DNA of 64,000 bases, taken from IMG/VR virus record IMGVR_UViG_3300032219_002522, positions 1-64,000 of that record; one strand, written 5' to 3'. Below are positions 1 through 11,318 of this stretch, piece by piece. Source of the stretch: a virus. Taxonomy: Duplodnaviria > Caudoviricetes. Within the stretch, counting starts at the first letter, position 1; each line of letters starts with the position of its first letter. The notes beneath the pieces are model-generated. The model saw only the letters and a list, made by a program, of their open reading frames with translations, did no database searches and had not been told where the DNA came from. A program made the position numbers and the translations under genes.

Positions 1-1
1 A

Positions 2-139
2 TACGAGGAAACATTTGGTCCAATCCCTAAAGGATATATAATTATACATAAAGACGGAGATCGATACAATGATGATCCTAATAATCTTTTAGCTATAACA
101 AGAGCAGAAAATCTAAAAAGAAATAGCAAAAAGGTGTGA
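2..139 (+). CDS. HNH endonuclease, C-terminal part (runs off window start)
   Basis: Manual translation YEETFGPIPKGYIIIHKDGDRYNDDPNNLLAITRAENLKRNSKKV* has the HNH_3 pattern GPIPKG..H.DG...N....NL...T..EN. Confidence 0.75.
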   Translation, partial: YEETFGPIPKGYIIIHKDGDRYNDDPNNLLAITRAENLKRNSKKV

Positions 140-164
140 TATATAGTCTATATTAATATAGAAT

Positions 165-872
165 ATGAGATATCTAAAAACATTCGAAGCTCTTGGAGGC
201 GGTAAAGATATGAGCAGTATCGACCGTATGAAAGCGAAATATCCTAACGGTATAGAGATTCCTAAAGAAATAAAAGCAACTGGATCCGGTAATTTTAAAA
301 TTGGTGATGATTCTTTAGATAAAGGATCTAAGAAGTTTTCTGAAATAGTTGAATTGATTAACGATCTATTATTAAATACAAAGGGGGAGGTTAAGGTTGT
401 TGTTGATGCTGGAGCTTCTGCAGTAGGTCCTAAAGGATTCGATAATCAGGGATTAGCAGAAAGAAGAAGAGACAGAACTATAGATGATTTAAGAAATTAC
501 CCGTTTGCTAATAAAAATAGAATAAGATTTATTCAGGGAAAAGCCACTGTAGGTAAATCAACAGTAAAAAATTCACCAGAAGCAGAAAGAGAGCAATACG
601 TTATAGTTTCAGTATCAGGTACTGGTAGTATAAATGCGCCTATTACAGGAGTTCAAGGCGATAATACTAATGTTTATAGACCAGAGTTATTTAAGACTGA
701 TCTTAATAGAAAATTTAAAACAGATTTGACTGATATTAAGATTAAAAGAGTTTGTGTGCAAATTCCTGAGCAATATGTTGAGGATTTCAAAAAAGCTGTA
801 TGGAAATTTAAAAACGAGCAAGGTCTTACTAATCTTCCTTTAGGAGTCTATGATATAGAGCCTAAAAAATAA
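165..872 (+). CDS. OmpA-like domain protein with MRYLKTFE N-terminal motif
   Basis: AGASAVG...NQGLAERRR...REQYV resembles the OmpA C-terminal peptidoglycan-binding motif; GATATATA at 138-145. Confidence 0.5.
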   Translation: MRYLKTFEALGGGKDMSSIDRMKAKYPNGIEIPKEIKATGSGNFKIGDDSLDKGSKKFSEIVELINDLLLNTKGEVKVVVDAGASAVGPKGFDNQGLAERRRDRTIDDLRNYPFANKNRIRFIQGKATVGKSTVKNSPEAEREQYVIVSVSGTGSINAPITGVQGDNTNVYRPELFKTDLNRKFKTDLTDIKIKRVCVQIPEQYVEDFKKAVWKFKNEQGLTNLPLGVYDIEPKK

Positions 873-947
873 TCAAAAGATCTGTAAATCATTTTTTTGT
901 CTCATTCTAAGTTTCTATCTTAGCGGTCTAAACTTCAAAAAATACAA

Positions 948-1811
948 ATGCGACAGCTTAAAATTACAACATCGATAACAAATAGAGCGGATAGGCCTTT
1001 AGAAAAATACCTTCAGGATATTTCGAAAGAGGAAATGATTACTCCAGACGAAGAAACAAGATTAGCAAAATTAATTAGGGAGGGAGATACACGAGCTCTA
1101 GATAGGATGGTTAAAGCAAATCTAAGATTCGTTGTTTCGGTAGCTAAACAATATCAACACCAAGGACTTCCTCTTACGGATCTTATTAACGAGGGTAATC
1201 TTGGTCTGATAAAAGCTGCAAATAAGTTCGATGAAACAAGGGGGTTCAAATTTATATCATATGCTGTTTGGTGGATCAGACAAGCTATATTAGAAGCTCT
1301 TTCAGATAAAGCAAGAGTTATTCGTATACCACTCAATCAAGTGGGTGTGCTTGGAAAAATAAACAAGGCTTATTCTAAATTAGAACAAGATCTTGGAAGA
1401 GCTCCTTCAGAAGAAGAGATTGCTCATGAATTGGATATTCCTGAATATAAAGTCAAGGAAACACTAAAGACCTCTAAAAATCATGTATCTTATGATGCAC
1501 CTGTAGGAGGAGATGACGAGAATTCAACTATGATAGATCTATTAAGTAATGTTGAAGCATTATCAACAGATTATCTAACAATAGATGAATCTTTAAAAGT
1601 AGATATAGAGAGAAGCCTTGGAGTATTAGACCCTAAGTGTAGAGAGATTATAAAATTGAACTACGGAATAGGATATTCGAATCCTAAATCATTAGACGAG
1701 ATTAGTGAGAAATATTCGCTAACTCGTGAAAGAGTAAGACAGATTAGAGAGAAAGGATTAAGAAAACTAAGAGTAGAATCTAGAAGCAAGATACTAAAAC
1801 AATATCTCTAG
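948..1811 (+). CDS. RNA polymerase sigma70 factor, RpoD/SigA family (Bacteroidota type, no region 1.1)
   Basis: ANLRFVVSVAKQY, DLINEGNLGLIKAA.KFDETRGFKFISYAVWWIRQAI, LTRERVRQIREKGLRKLR. Confidence 0.95.
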   Translation: MRQLKITTSITNRADRPLEKYLQDISKEEMITPDEETRLAKLIREGDTRALDRMVKANLRFVVSVAKQYQHQGLPLTDLINEGNLGLIKAANKFDETRGFKFISYAVWWIRQAILEALSDKARVIRIPLNQVGVLGKINKAYSKLEQDLGRAPSEEEIAHELDIPEYKVKETLKTSKNHVSYDAPVGGDDENSTMIDLLSNVEALSTDYLTIDESLKVDIERSLGVLDPKCREIIKLNYGIGYSNPKSLDEISEKYSLTRERVRQIREKGLRKLRVESRSKILKQYL

Positions 1812-2043
1812 GATAAATACTATGTGAAAGATTTTTTAAGATATCTTGTTGTGTGGATAAGTGAGAACTTATCCATTCCTTTTTGGATAGTTGGACATAT
1901 ACATCTCACTGTGAATATTTACGAGGATCTCTATGAGATCCTCGCTTCTTTGTCTATGAATATTATTGTATTTATTGGATTCTTTATTTCTTATAAAGAA
2001 TGGAAAAGAAATAAAGATATATAGAAAGAATAAAAATAACAAT

Positions 2044-3657
2044 ATGAACTACGTAGATTCTTTCTATAACTTTGCACCAAATGATGGGACACCCAATTTA
2101 AATGAATTATTCTCTCTGAGCTCAGAGGGAGGTTTTATGGCTAAATATAATTGCGAGTCATTTAAAAATTTATTTTCTGAATATTTAAACGAGTCTGACA
2201 GCTATATGGAGGATGAATCTCTTAATGAGATGCACTCATATTATGAAATGTCTATGCTATCTGAGGCTAGATCATCTTGGGATAATACTGATGGTGAAAT
2301 AAATTATATAGACGCTGAAACGCACGTTATTTTAATAAAAAATTCGGAAGCTTTCGTTATAGAAAAGAAAACTTTTGATATGTTTCAAAATATCGATGAA
2401 TCTTGGCTTGGTAATATGTGGAATAAAGGGAAAGAAGCAGTTAAAGGTATTAAGAATAGAATTGTCGCTAAAGCTAAAGAAAAAATATCGCAGGCTAAAA
2501 AGTATGTTTCTAAGGCTTGGGATAAAATATCAGACGGTGCTAAAAAAGCATGGGAATGGATGAAAACTGCAGTAGCTGCAGTGGGTAAATTTATAGGAGA
2601 TAATATAGAAACTATAAGTCTTGTTCTTAGTATACTTTCTGCAGTTTTTGGTATAGCTGGAGGAATAACAACAGCAGTTGGGGTTGGCGCAATTCTTACT
2701 GCAATCGGCGGTGTACTCATGGCTTTAAATGGAGGATTACACATATATGAAGGATTTCATAAAATAGATCATGCTGGGAAGGTTCTTAAAAATGTACCAA
2801 TAGATCCAGTGTCTAAGACTATTGCTGGAATGGTAAAAGCAGGTCCTGATTTTTTATTAGGTGGTTTATTTCTTCCACTAGGATTTTATGATATAAGCCA
2901 CGGATTAACTGAGGCATTGGCAAATCCTGCAGCGGGATCAATAGGTATGGCTGTAAAAGAAACTGCTAAAGAAGCTGCTCATTCGTGGGTAGGAAATCTT
3001 GGTCATATAATAGAAGAAGTTTTAGGAGGGTTTGTTAAGGAATTTTTTAAAAATGCTAAACTAGGAGCAGCAATAGGAGGAGGTATAGTTGGTATAATGT
3101 CAGTGGTCCTTGCTAAGTTCTTTACTGATGTTTGTGGATGGTTATACGAGTTTATGCTAAAAAGCTCTGATTTAATTCTTAAAGGAATAAATTGGCTTTT
3201 AGATATTCCTAAAAAGTTAACTGATGCAATAACTAAATTTTCTAAAAGTGCTGATGGAATTTTATCTAATATAATAGCAAAAGGACTAAGTGCTATAGTT
3301 AAACCAATGACATCTTTTCTAGCTAGAATTAATGAAAAATATTTTAAACCTCTTGTTAAAAGAGCACAAGGATTCATAAAAAGACAAATTGAAGCTAAAA
3401 AAATTCTAGATGCTGAAATGGAAAAAGCTCACGGTGGTCATGGTAAAGGAGCTGATAATAAAAAACCTAAAGTTGTTATAGCAAAAACTAAAGGTAAACC
3501 CCTAGTTAAGATGGGAGAGGTAAAAATAGAAAAAAAAGACGCTAAATATATAAAAGCTATACAGAAGGGAACTAAACCTAAGGATAAAAAAGTTAAAGAG
3601 TCTTCATTATGGGAAAGAAAATATGTTAGTTCTTTTGATAATTTAGATTTTATTTAA
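2044..3657 (+). CDS. Large membrane or amphipathic-helix protein, unknown function
   Basis: Likely start ATG 2044 after GATATATA (2016); central hydrophobic Gly/Ala-rich segments. Confidence 0.6.
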   Translation: MNYVDSFYNFAPNDGTPNLNELFSLSSEGGFMAKYNCESFKNLFSEYLNESDSYMEDESLNEMHSYYEMSMLSEARSSWDNTDGEINYIDAETHVILIKNSEAFVIEKKTFDMFQNIDESWLGNMWNKGKEAVKGIKNRIVAKAKEKISQAKKYVSKAWDKISDGAKKAWEWMKTAVAAVGKFIGDNIETISLVLSILSAVFGIAGGITTAVGVGAILTAIGGVLMALNGGLHIYEGFHKIDHAGKVLKNVPIDPVSKTIAGMVKAGPDFLLGGLFLPLGFYDISHGLTEALANPAAGSIGMAVKETAKEAAHSWVGNLGHIIEEVLGGFVKEFFKNAKLGAAIGGGIVGIMSVVLAKFFTDVCGWLYEFMLKSSDLILKGINWLLDIPKKLTDAITKFSKSADGILSNIIAKGLSAIVKPMTSFLARINEKYFKPLVKRAQGFIKRQIEAKKILDAEMEKAHGGHGKGADNKKPKVVIAKTKGKPLVKMGEVKIEKKDAKYIKAIQKGTKPKDKKVKESSLWERKYVSSFDNLDFI

Positions 3658-3998
3658 TCGAACTTATCTATTATCCAAAATCCGATAACCATTATAATAG
3701 AAAATACTAATAATGTTATTAAAGAGTCCATTTAACTATATATGATAGCATATACCATATTTATTATCCTGTCAACATTAATGGTAACTTCTGGATTTTT
3801 GTTTTGGATAATATCACTATTTACTGGAGATCTTAAAAGACCAATATTATCACTAATCGCATATATATTTTGGCCATTAAGTCTAGCTTTTATAACCTTT
3901 TATGCTTATTTATTAAATAGATATAATTCTAGGAAATCTATTTTTTAATCATATTATTTTTACTACATTTATAAAAATAAATCTAGATATATAATATC

Positions 3999-4655
3999 AT
4001 GAGATCTATTAAAACATTTGAAAATTTTTCATCTACCCATTATTTATGGAACGATGCTTCTTTTTGGTTAGATGAGCTTCATCCGGAGGAGATATGCTTT
4101 CTATCAATGTATTCTAAAAAAATAGATGATACAAAGTATAAAAAAAATAACGAGATTCCTCTATTTAAAGTTGACCTAGATGCTCCCGAAGAAGTTTCTA
4201 TAGATGATGACGACGACGATGCTTCAGCTAGTTTTGAAATGATCTATATTATACCATCAAAAAATGGGGATGCTACTCTATCTTTTGAAGTATCTGCTTC
4301 AGGATATTTTACACCAGTAAGAACTTATGGATATTATGATCCACCAGAGGGAGGAGATCTAATATTAGATAATATAGATATAGATTCAGTATATTATTTA
4401 GATTTTGAAGAAAATTTTGAAATTGATTTCTCCGCTGGATCATACACTTTTAAATCTGAATTTATAGATAGAAAAATGCTAAATGATCTTATGATTTATG
4501 TAGCAGAAGAAAGAATACCGAGCGAGGAATCTAGAGTAAAAACTAATCTTCCACCAATACCACAGGGTCTATTAGATAAATGTGAAAATATAAGGAAAAA
4601 GAATCCCTCGATAATGAAGGGATATGATATAATTAGCAGATTTAATACCAAATAA
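3999..4655 (+). CDS. Hypothetical protein with MRSIKTFENF motif
   Basis: ORF track; shared N-terminal motif; GATATATA at 3986. Confidence 0.7.
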   Translation: MRSIKTFENFSSTHYLWNDASFWLDELHPEEICFLSMYSKKIDDTKYKKNNEIPLFKVDLDAPEEVSIDDDDDDASASFEMIYIIPSKNGDATLSFEVSASGYFTPVRTYGYYDPPEGGDLILDNIDIDSVYYLDFEENFEIDFSAGSYTFKSEFIDRKMLNDLMIYVAEERIPSEESRVKTNLPPIPQGLLDKCENIRKKNPSIMKGYDIISRFNTK

Positions 4656-5029
4656 ATAGATGGAACAAAAACATATTTTTATCTATAAAGATAAAAAAAA
4701 TATGAGAATTTTATTTACTTTATTTCTATTATCCTACTTTAATGTATCATATACACAAAAGGAGGAGATATCAGTTGTATCTAAAAATAGAGATACACTA
4801 TGGCTAATAAACAACGATGCTGGGAGATCAATAGCTAAATGTTGGGAAATGGGGAATTTACCCCCTGGTGAAAAAATACCAGTTATATTGATAGTGGATG
4901 CGCTGCCTATTAATACAGAAAGTAAAAAAAGAAAATAATAATTTTTGTGTATATTGATGGATTCAATTAAAGATTTTGATGTAGACTTTTAAAATTATTT
5001 TTGATATATATAGTAAATAGATAGAAATA

Positions 5030-5428
5030 ATGAAACATATAAAACTCTTCGAATCGTTTAACAGTATAAATGAATCACAAGGAATTTCTGAAGACTTGGT
5101 ATTTGATTGGCTTCCTTTCGATGATCAAATAAATAATCCAGTAAATTCTAGAATACCCCAGGAAATTAAATATTCAGAACTCCCTCAATTCTGCAATGAA
5201 ATGGGAAAAGAATTTACCGGCGTGGGTCTTTATATAGCTCATGATAAGTTAAGTGGTGGCGGATTTGTTAGATTCATATTAGAAAGTGCCTCACCTATTC
5301 TTTTTAATGTAGCAGTATTTGATAAGGATTTTAAGAAAACATCTGAGAATAAGGGAATTCCTAATGATAAATTTAATTATAAAACATATTTAAGAGGAAC
5401 AGAGATCCTTAACAGATTTAAATTCTAA
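5030..5428 (+). CDS. Hypothetical protein with MKHIKLFESF motif
   Basis: ORF track; GATATATA at 5003. Confidence 0.7.
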   Translation: MKHIKLFESFNSINESQGISEDLVFDWLPFDDQINNPVNSRIPQEIKYSELPQFCNEMGKEFTGVGLYIAHDKLSGGGFVRFILESASPILFNVAVFDKDFKKTSENKGIPNDKFNYKTYLRGTEILNRFKF

Positions 5429-5459
5429 GTTTCAAGAGATCTTTTGTTAATAAAATATT

Positions 5460-5488
5460 AACCGGTTTTATTAAAAGCCGGTTTTTTT
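5460..5488 (+). terminator. Intrinsic terminator
   Basis: AACCGGTTTTA-T-TAAAAGCCGGTT hairpin followed by a T run. Confidence 0.75.
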
Positions 5489-5542
5489 ATTGGTTTTTCG
5501 TTAGATAGGGGGATATATAATCCATAAATAATTAGAAAAAGA

Positions 5543-5914
5543 ATGGAAGAATTTGGTCCGCACATTACCCTAGATCTTAAAGGATGTCCCAAAGAAACTT
5601 TGTCTAATTATAGTCTACATTTTGATTACCTTAAAAATCTTCCTGAGCTAATACATATGACTCCTATAACACAGCCTTATGTATTTCCTTATTCTGGATT
5701 AGTTCCAGAGGACAAAGGTATCACTGGAATAGTTATAATAGCAGAAAGTCATATATCAGTTCACTCATTTGAAGAGAAGGGTTATTGTTTTATTGATATA
5801 TTTTCGTGTAAAGATATGGACGTAGAAAGAGCAATAGAAATAACTCTTGATATGTTTAAGCCAGAATCATATGAATTAAATATAGTAAAAAGAGGTAAGG
5901 ATTTTCCTAGATAA
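5543..5914 (+). CDS. speD: S-adenosylmethionine decarboxylase proenzyme
   Basis: GPHITLDL..C, GITGIVIIAESHISVHSFEE.GY.FIDIFSC (ESH self-cleavage site). Confidence 0.9.
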   Translation: MEEFGPHITLDLKGCPKETLSNYSLHFDYLKNLPELIHMTPITQPYVFPYSGLVPEDKGITGIVIIAESHISVHSFEEKGYCFIDIFSCKDMDVERAIEITLDMFKPESYELNIVKRGKDFPR

Positions 5915-6433
5915 TTAATTCTTCTTTAATCGCTTTTTCATCTCATCTATTAATGATAGCGTTGAATTGATTTGGGGTTTTTTGTAAACTATTATTTTTT
6001 CTGTAGTACGCTTCTCTGGGATAATCATCATAGAAAGGGATGAATCTCCTGCTGGGTATATTTTTCTATCTACTTCTGTAGAGTTAAATTTTACGATTTT
6101 TTCCTGTGTAGAATTGTTATTTTTTCTAATATCTCCTTTTAATTGATCAAGCATCATCAAAAATTCCTCCTCTCTAGAAACAATCTGATTAGTACATTCT
6201 TTTTCGTTCTTTCTTATTTTTGACTCTAATGAATCTAAATCAGTTTCTAGTTTTACTATCTTTCCATCCTGTCTTTCTATTTCATTGTTTAATTCTTCTC
6301 TATCTAATGTTATAGAAGATATCAATGAAGGCGCTATACTTACTATTATTATAGCTAATAAAAGCATAGAAAGAGCTATGATTTTCTGAGGAGTAGAAAA
6401 TTGTGCTATAATTTTTGAGATGTATTTAAACAT
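5915..6433 (-). CDS. Membrane-anchored coiled-coil protein
   Basis: N-terminal transmembrane helix followed by a heptad-rich region. Confidence 0.55.
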   Translation of the reverse strand: MFKYISKIIAQFSTPQKIIALSMLLLAIIIVSIAPSLISSITLDREELNNEIERQDGKIVKLETDLDSLESKIRKNEKECTNQIVSREEEFLMMLDQLKGDIRKNNNSTQEKIVKFNSTEVDRKIYPAGDSSLSMMIIPEKRTTEKIIVYKKPQINSTLSLIDEMKKRLKKN

Positions 6434-6459
6434 GTTTACAGTTTTTAATATATACTCAT

Positions 6460-6768
6460 ATGGCCAATATAATTACTGGTAATTTAGAGATAATGTCACA
6501 GGATCTTCCTGGAAAATTTACATGGACTGATGTACCTAATCAATTAGAATTATTAGGTGGAAACGGATGGAGACTTCCGTACGAGTCTGAATTTTTAACT
6601 ATCTATAATTTATATACCCTTGGTATTGGCGGATTTAAACCTGATAGGTATTGGGCTTATTCTTCTTATCTAAATAAAGCCTGGTATTATGATCTGAGCG
6701 TGGGATACTCCCCGCATATAATAGATCAATCTAATGAATATTATGTTAGACTTATTAGAAATATCTAA
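6460..6768 (+). CDS. DUF1566/Lcl-like domain protein
   Basis: FTW...GWRLP..E...YW...AW...YVRLIR; paralog at 57089. Confidence 0.65.
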   Translation: MANIITGNLEIMSQDLPGKFTWTDVPNQLELLGGNGWRLPYESEFLTIYNLYTLGIGGFKPDRYWAYSSYLNKAWYYDLSVGYSPHIIDQSNEYYVRLIRNI

Positions 6769-7285
6769 TTCTTCGGACAAGGAAGAAAAAGCGGATATTA
6801 TATTTTGTGATCTGGTGAAGATCAAAAAAGCTCTCGATTATTCTATCGAAAAAGAAATGGAGCACGAATTTATCTATAGTATGGTAAAATTTGCAAGAAA
6901 TAACCCAAATTCAACTATAGAGGAAATAATAAATATGTCTTTGAGAGATTGGAAATACTAATCCACTCTTCTCATTCTAACTAGATTTTTTCTAACTGAA
7001 TTATCCAGATCCTCATATGTTGTTTTTAGACCCTTATCGTAGATGTTTGAAAGAGACCTGGCTACTTTATTTTGATCAAGTATTATCTCCCATTTAGGGT
7101 CTTTCTCTTTATTGATTATTTCGTCAGCTATTTCTTTTCCTAGCTCTTCTATTTTCTTTTCGTATGTCTTCATAATATTTATAGTGAATCGAATGAATTT
7201 TATTTCATTATATTGTAGATTTTTTCTAAGAGTCTATTATCCGAAATAATTCTTAAATATTTAACTATAAATAAATAAAAATAAT

Positions 7286-8266
7286 ATGGTAAAAAAGAAA
7301 GGTCCTATATCAATGTTTATAAATAGAAATTATAAGCATTTTAATTCAGCAGCGTTAAAGGATGCGGCAATTGGTTACGAGGATCACATAGATAAGGGTG
7401 GAAAGATGCTAGTTTCTCTTGCTGGTGCAATGAGTACAGCAGAGCTTGGTATTTCATTAGCTGAAATGATCAGAGAAGGCAAGATCGATATTATTTCTTG
7501 CACTGGAGCTAACTTAGAAGAGGATTTAATGAATCTTGTAGCTCATTCACATTACAAAAGAATACCAAATTATAGGGATCTTACACCTGAACAGGAAAGA
7601 GAACTATTGGATCAAGGTCTAAATAGGGTTACTGATACATGTATACCAGAGGAGGAAGCTTTTAGAAGATTGCAGTCTTATATTTATGATCTATGGAAAG
7701 AAGCAGAAGATAAAGGTGAAAGATATTTTCCACATGAATTCATGTATAAACTAATTAATAGCGGAGTTCTTACCCAATATTATGAAATTGATCCCAAGGA
7801 TTCTTGGATGATTGCTGCAGCGGAAAGAAATCTACCGATGGTTGTACCTGGATGGGAGGATTCAACTCTAGGTAATATATTTGCTTCTTACGTTATAAAA
7901 GGAGAGCTTAATCATAGTACAGTAAGAAGTGGAATTGAGTATATGGTTGAACTTAGCAGATGGTACAGAAATAATTGTTCAGGTGAAGGCATAGGTTTCT
8001 TCCAGATAGGAGGTGGAATTGCTGGTGACTTCCCTATATGTGTTGTGCCTATGATGTATCAGGATCTTGAATGGGAGGACGTTCCATTCTGGGCTTATTT
8101 TTGTCAAATATCAGATTCAACTACTTCTTATGGATCGTACTCAGGTGCAGTACCAAATGAAAAGATTACGTGGGGTAAATTGGATGCGAATACACCAAAA
8201 TTTATAGTTGAGTCAGATGCAACTATTGTTGCACCATTAATTTTTTCATGGATATTAAATAAATAG
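7286..8266 (+). CDS. Deoxyhypusine synthase family protein (homospermidine synthase-like)
   Basis: LAGAMSTAELG, IISCTGANLEED, FQIGGGIAGDF, SYSGAVPNEKITWGK, ESDATIVAPL. Confidence 0.93.
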   Translation: MVKKKGPISMFINRNYKHFNSAALKDAAIGYEDHIDKGGKMLVSLAGAMSTAELGISLAEMIREGKIDIISCTGANLEEDLMNLVAHSHYKRIPNYRDLTPEQERELLDQGLNRVTDTCIPEEEAFRRLQSYIYDLWKEAEDKGERYFPHEFMYKLINSGVLTQYYEIDPKDSWMIAAAERNLPMVVPGWEDSTLGNIFASYVIKGELNHSTVRSGIEYMVELSRWYRNNCSGEGIGFFQIGGGIAGDFPICVVPMMYQDLEWEDVPFWAYFCQISDSTTSYGSYSGAVPNEKITWGKLDANTPKFIVESDATIVAPLIFSWILNK

Positions 8267-8362
8267 AATTTGAATATATACTAGATGAAAGAGATATATC
8301 CAATATTAATATTCTCTTTGGTTGTTTTTATTTCCGGATATATTAATATAAATAAAGAAAAA

Positions 8363-9121
8363 ATGAAGCATCTCAAAAGTATAGATGAATTTAAAAAAGT
8401 CAATGAGCAATTATTTTCTGACGCTAATAAGTTTTCTAAGCTTTTTGGTTTAGATTCTGCTAGTACTGAATCTGGCGAAAAGGGTAAGGAAGGAGATAAT
8501 AAATCATCAAGTTCCGGATCTTCTAGTTCTTCAACTTCATCAGGATCATCAAGCACAATGTCTGCAAAAATCGACATAGGAAATTACGGTAAATTTACTG
8601 AAGCTTCCAATAAAAAATCTCCTCTAATTGTTGTTTATGGAGGTATAGACGTGGCAGGTAAAAAAAGCGGCGAATATATGTACGACTATTTAAGTAAAAT
8701 AGGAAGTTCAGCTAATATTTTTGTTGCAAAAGATCATACCGTAGATGGTAAGGCAGCTTATGATTCATTAAAAAGTAAGCTAAGCGAAAAATCAATAACC
8801 CCCTCTAAAAAGATCCTTTATTTATTTTCTGGAGGATACAAACCAGGAATGGATTTATTAAAATCTGTATCTGTCTCTGAATTTGATTTAATATACCTTG
8901 TTGATATATGGATGGGAAGTTCTAAGGTAGCAGAATTCTATAAAAAATTAGCAAATGATAATAGGGGTAAGGTTAGATATTTTTATACAGGATCAGGAGC
9001 AAATAACTCAGATGCTAAAAACGCTCTTATTAATACATTGAATTTTTATAAAGCTAATGATAATAATGATCACATGTCTACTAATAAGGATGCTGTTTCT
9101 GATCTATTAAATAAAATATAA
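8363..9121 (+). CDS. Putative alpha/beta-hydrolase-like protein with MKHLKS..NEQLF N-module and Ser-rich linker
   Basis: PLIVVYGG, LYLFSGG nucleophile-elbow-like motif, terminal His (NNDHM); start refined to 8363. Confidence 0.45.
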   Translation: MKHLKSIDEFKKVNEQLFSDANKFSKLFGLDSASTESGEKGKEGDNKSSSSGSSSSSTSSGSSSTMSAKIDIGNYGKFTEASNKKSPLIVVYGGIDVAGKKSGEYMYDYLSKIGSSANIFVAKDHTVDGKAAYDSLKSKLSEKSITPSKKILYLFSGGYKPGMDLLKSVSVSEFDLIYLVDIWMGSSKVAEFYKKLANDNRGKVRYFYTGSGANNSDAKNALINTLNFYKANDNNDHMSTNKDAVSDLLNKI

Positions 9122-9122
9122 A

Positions 9123-9896
9123 ATGAAGCATATAAAAAGTGTAGAAGAATTTACTATGATATATGAGCAATTGTTTGCATCAGATATAGCACAATTTAAT
9201 AAATTGATGGGTATATCAGTAGAAGAAACTGGACAGGAAGAACCTAATCTAATTGGTGCAGAGAATCCTTCAGGAATGGGTTCTGCATTCGCTCCTGTAG
9301 CTAAACTTAATACTAATCAATTAGATACTTATGGTTCAACTGTGGGAATTAACGAAAAAGGAGATAATGCTGATTTAAATCAACCACTAAGGGGACCACT
9401 AGGTAATATAGTAAATTCGGCTTATGCTAATTTAAATGTTTCAACAAGAAAAATACCAGGTACAAATGGAGGAAATCTTGGTTGTGCTGCAGCAGTTTCG
9501 ATAATATTTTACAGAGCAACTGGATATGCAATTGCTGGATCTGGAGCTATAACTTTAGGTACTGGCCACATGTGGAGTTATCTAGACAAGGAGAGTAAAA
9601 ATAATGGAGTTTGGCAAAAAATAACAAACTGGAAAACGGAATCTCAACCAGGGGATATCATATTAACAGCTAGAGGATCTAAAGCAGGACACGTTGGTGT
9701 TGTAGTAGAAGGAGGAAATATTATATCTAATTCATCTGGTGGATTCCAAGGAGATAAAAAAGGACAGGTGGAATTAAATTACAACTTAAATACCTGGGAT
9801 AGCGTAGCAAATAGAAATCCACAACAAACAGCTTCTTTTAGATACAAAGGTCCTTATAAAAAAGAATGGGGAAAAGCCAATAGTCCAGTAGCATAA
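9123..9896 (+). CDS. NlpC/P60- or CHAP-like cysteine amidase with MKHIKS..EQLF N-module
   Basis: GNLGCAAAVS, QPGDII, GHVGVV, IISNSS catalytic Cys/His pattern. Confidence 0.65.
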   Translation: MKHIKSVEEFTMIYEQLFASDIAQFNKLMGISVEETGQEEPNLIGAENPSGMGSAFAPVAKLNTNQLDTYGSTVGINEKGDNADLNQPLRGPLGNIVNSAYANLNVSTRKIPGTNGGNLGCAAAVSIIFYRATGYAIAGSGAITLGTGHMWSYLDKESKNNGVWQKITNWKTESQPGDIILTARGSKAGHVGVVVEGGNIISNSSGGFQGDKKGQVELNYNLNTWDSVANRNPQQTASFRYKGPYKKEWGKANSPVA

Positions 9897-10158
9897 ATCA
9901 TTTTTTTATTTTTTCTTTAATCTCTATATTTGAAAAAATAATTCAATATGGCGGAAAAAGTAATAAAGGTAAAAGATAATTACCGAACAAATCCAGAAAG
10001 CCACATCCCAGGAGGATCTGTGGTAGAGACCTTTAATGATAAAGGGATAAGACTTGTTTATGACAAGATAAAAAATCCAGGAGCTTATATCAGAAGAATC
10101 ACCAAAGATGATTCTATAATAAGAGTGTATGTAGACGGCGAACTTAAGTTCGACAGAA

Positions 10159-10779
10159 ATGGAGAGCAGTAAGAAAATGGTGGGTAGTGATCCTATAGAA
10201 ATATGGAAAGATGTTAATCATCCCATATTTTGGAAATACTATCAAGTTAGTAATTTAGGTAGGATAAAAACTAAAGGGAGAGACGTAACTCGTGGTGGTC
10301 CTGCTAACAAATATACTTATTGGCTCAACGAGAGAATAGTATCTGTTAGAAGATCTAAAGAAAACCCTCATCTTTTCTGTTCGTTATATGCTACTAAAGT
10401 GTTGAATAGCAACAAAACAGCATACTTACATAAAATGGTGGCGGAGGCATTTATAAAGAGACCATCTAAGAATCATGTTTTTGTTACTCATATAGATGGG
10501 AACTATGATAATAATATGGTGTCAAATCTTAAATGGATAACTGCATCAGAAAATTCTAAGAGAAATATAGAAAAATACCCAGAAAATAAAACAAAGCTGA
10601 AGGAACACAACGAAAAAGTTGGATACTACAAAAAGCTTAGACATCTGGTATGGGAAAAAGAAAATATGGAAAGAATAAGTAAAATGATATCATGGGGAGT
10701 TTCTACAAAAGAGATAGAAAGAATATATGGATGCTCCTCAGCAACTATTTATAAATTAGTTAAAAAAATAAAAAAATGA
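10159..10779 (+). CDS. NUMOD4 motif + HNH endonuclease
   Basis: EIWKDV..YQVSNLGRIK (NUMOD4); HKMVAEAFI..VTHIDGN..NN.VSNLKW.T.SEN. Confidence 0.9.
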   Translation: MESSKKMVGSDPIEIWKDVNHPIFWKYYQVSNLGRIKTKGRDVTRGGPANKYTYWLNERIVSVRRSKENPHLFCSLYATKVLNSNKTAYLHKMVAEAFIKRPSKNHVFVTHIDGNYDNNMVSNLKWITASENSKRNIEKYPENKTKLKEHNEKVGYYKKLRHLVWEKENMERISKMISWGVSTKEIERIYGCSSATIYKLVKKIKK

Positions 10780-11318
10780 ATTATTTAGATTACGAAGTTA
10801 CAGAACTTCCAGACAGCGTAGAAAATTTATTTTGTAAGCCTTTAGATCAAAATGGCGAAATACAAAAAGCATCTGAAATGCAAATGAGTTTAATATTTTT
10901 TGCTGTGACATCTAACAAGGAAGAGGTAGATGAAATGTATGAGAGCGTTAAAAAGGAAAACATGCTACTATTAATCCTGGAGGATCGTTTAAAAAAAATT
11001 GGATGTCCTCTAGATAAAGCATCTATATTATTAATATCTACTGCTTGTAAAAGCCCAGGAGAGGCAGTTATGTATTCTTCTTATATTAGATATAAAATGA
11101 AGGAGCTAGCAATAGATTTTTTGGATATTGAAAAATTGTGTAGTGAAATATTTCCTAGTGGATTTTTCACAGAAAAAACATTAAGAGAACATTGGGATCT
11201 ACAAAAAGTCAAAACAGAATCAAATAGAGGATCTGATAATCTGTTAGATTATTTAAAGGCTTATGAGAGCATAATGAAATAAAAATTAGTATTTAATCTA
11301 TAATAGATAAATTATTTT

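Noticed and set aside
8500-8560. Ser-rich low-complexity stretch as a DNA repeat element
   Set aside because: Mixed synonymous codons indicate an ordinary protein linker.
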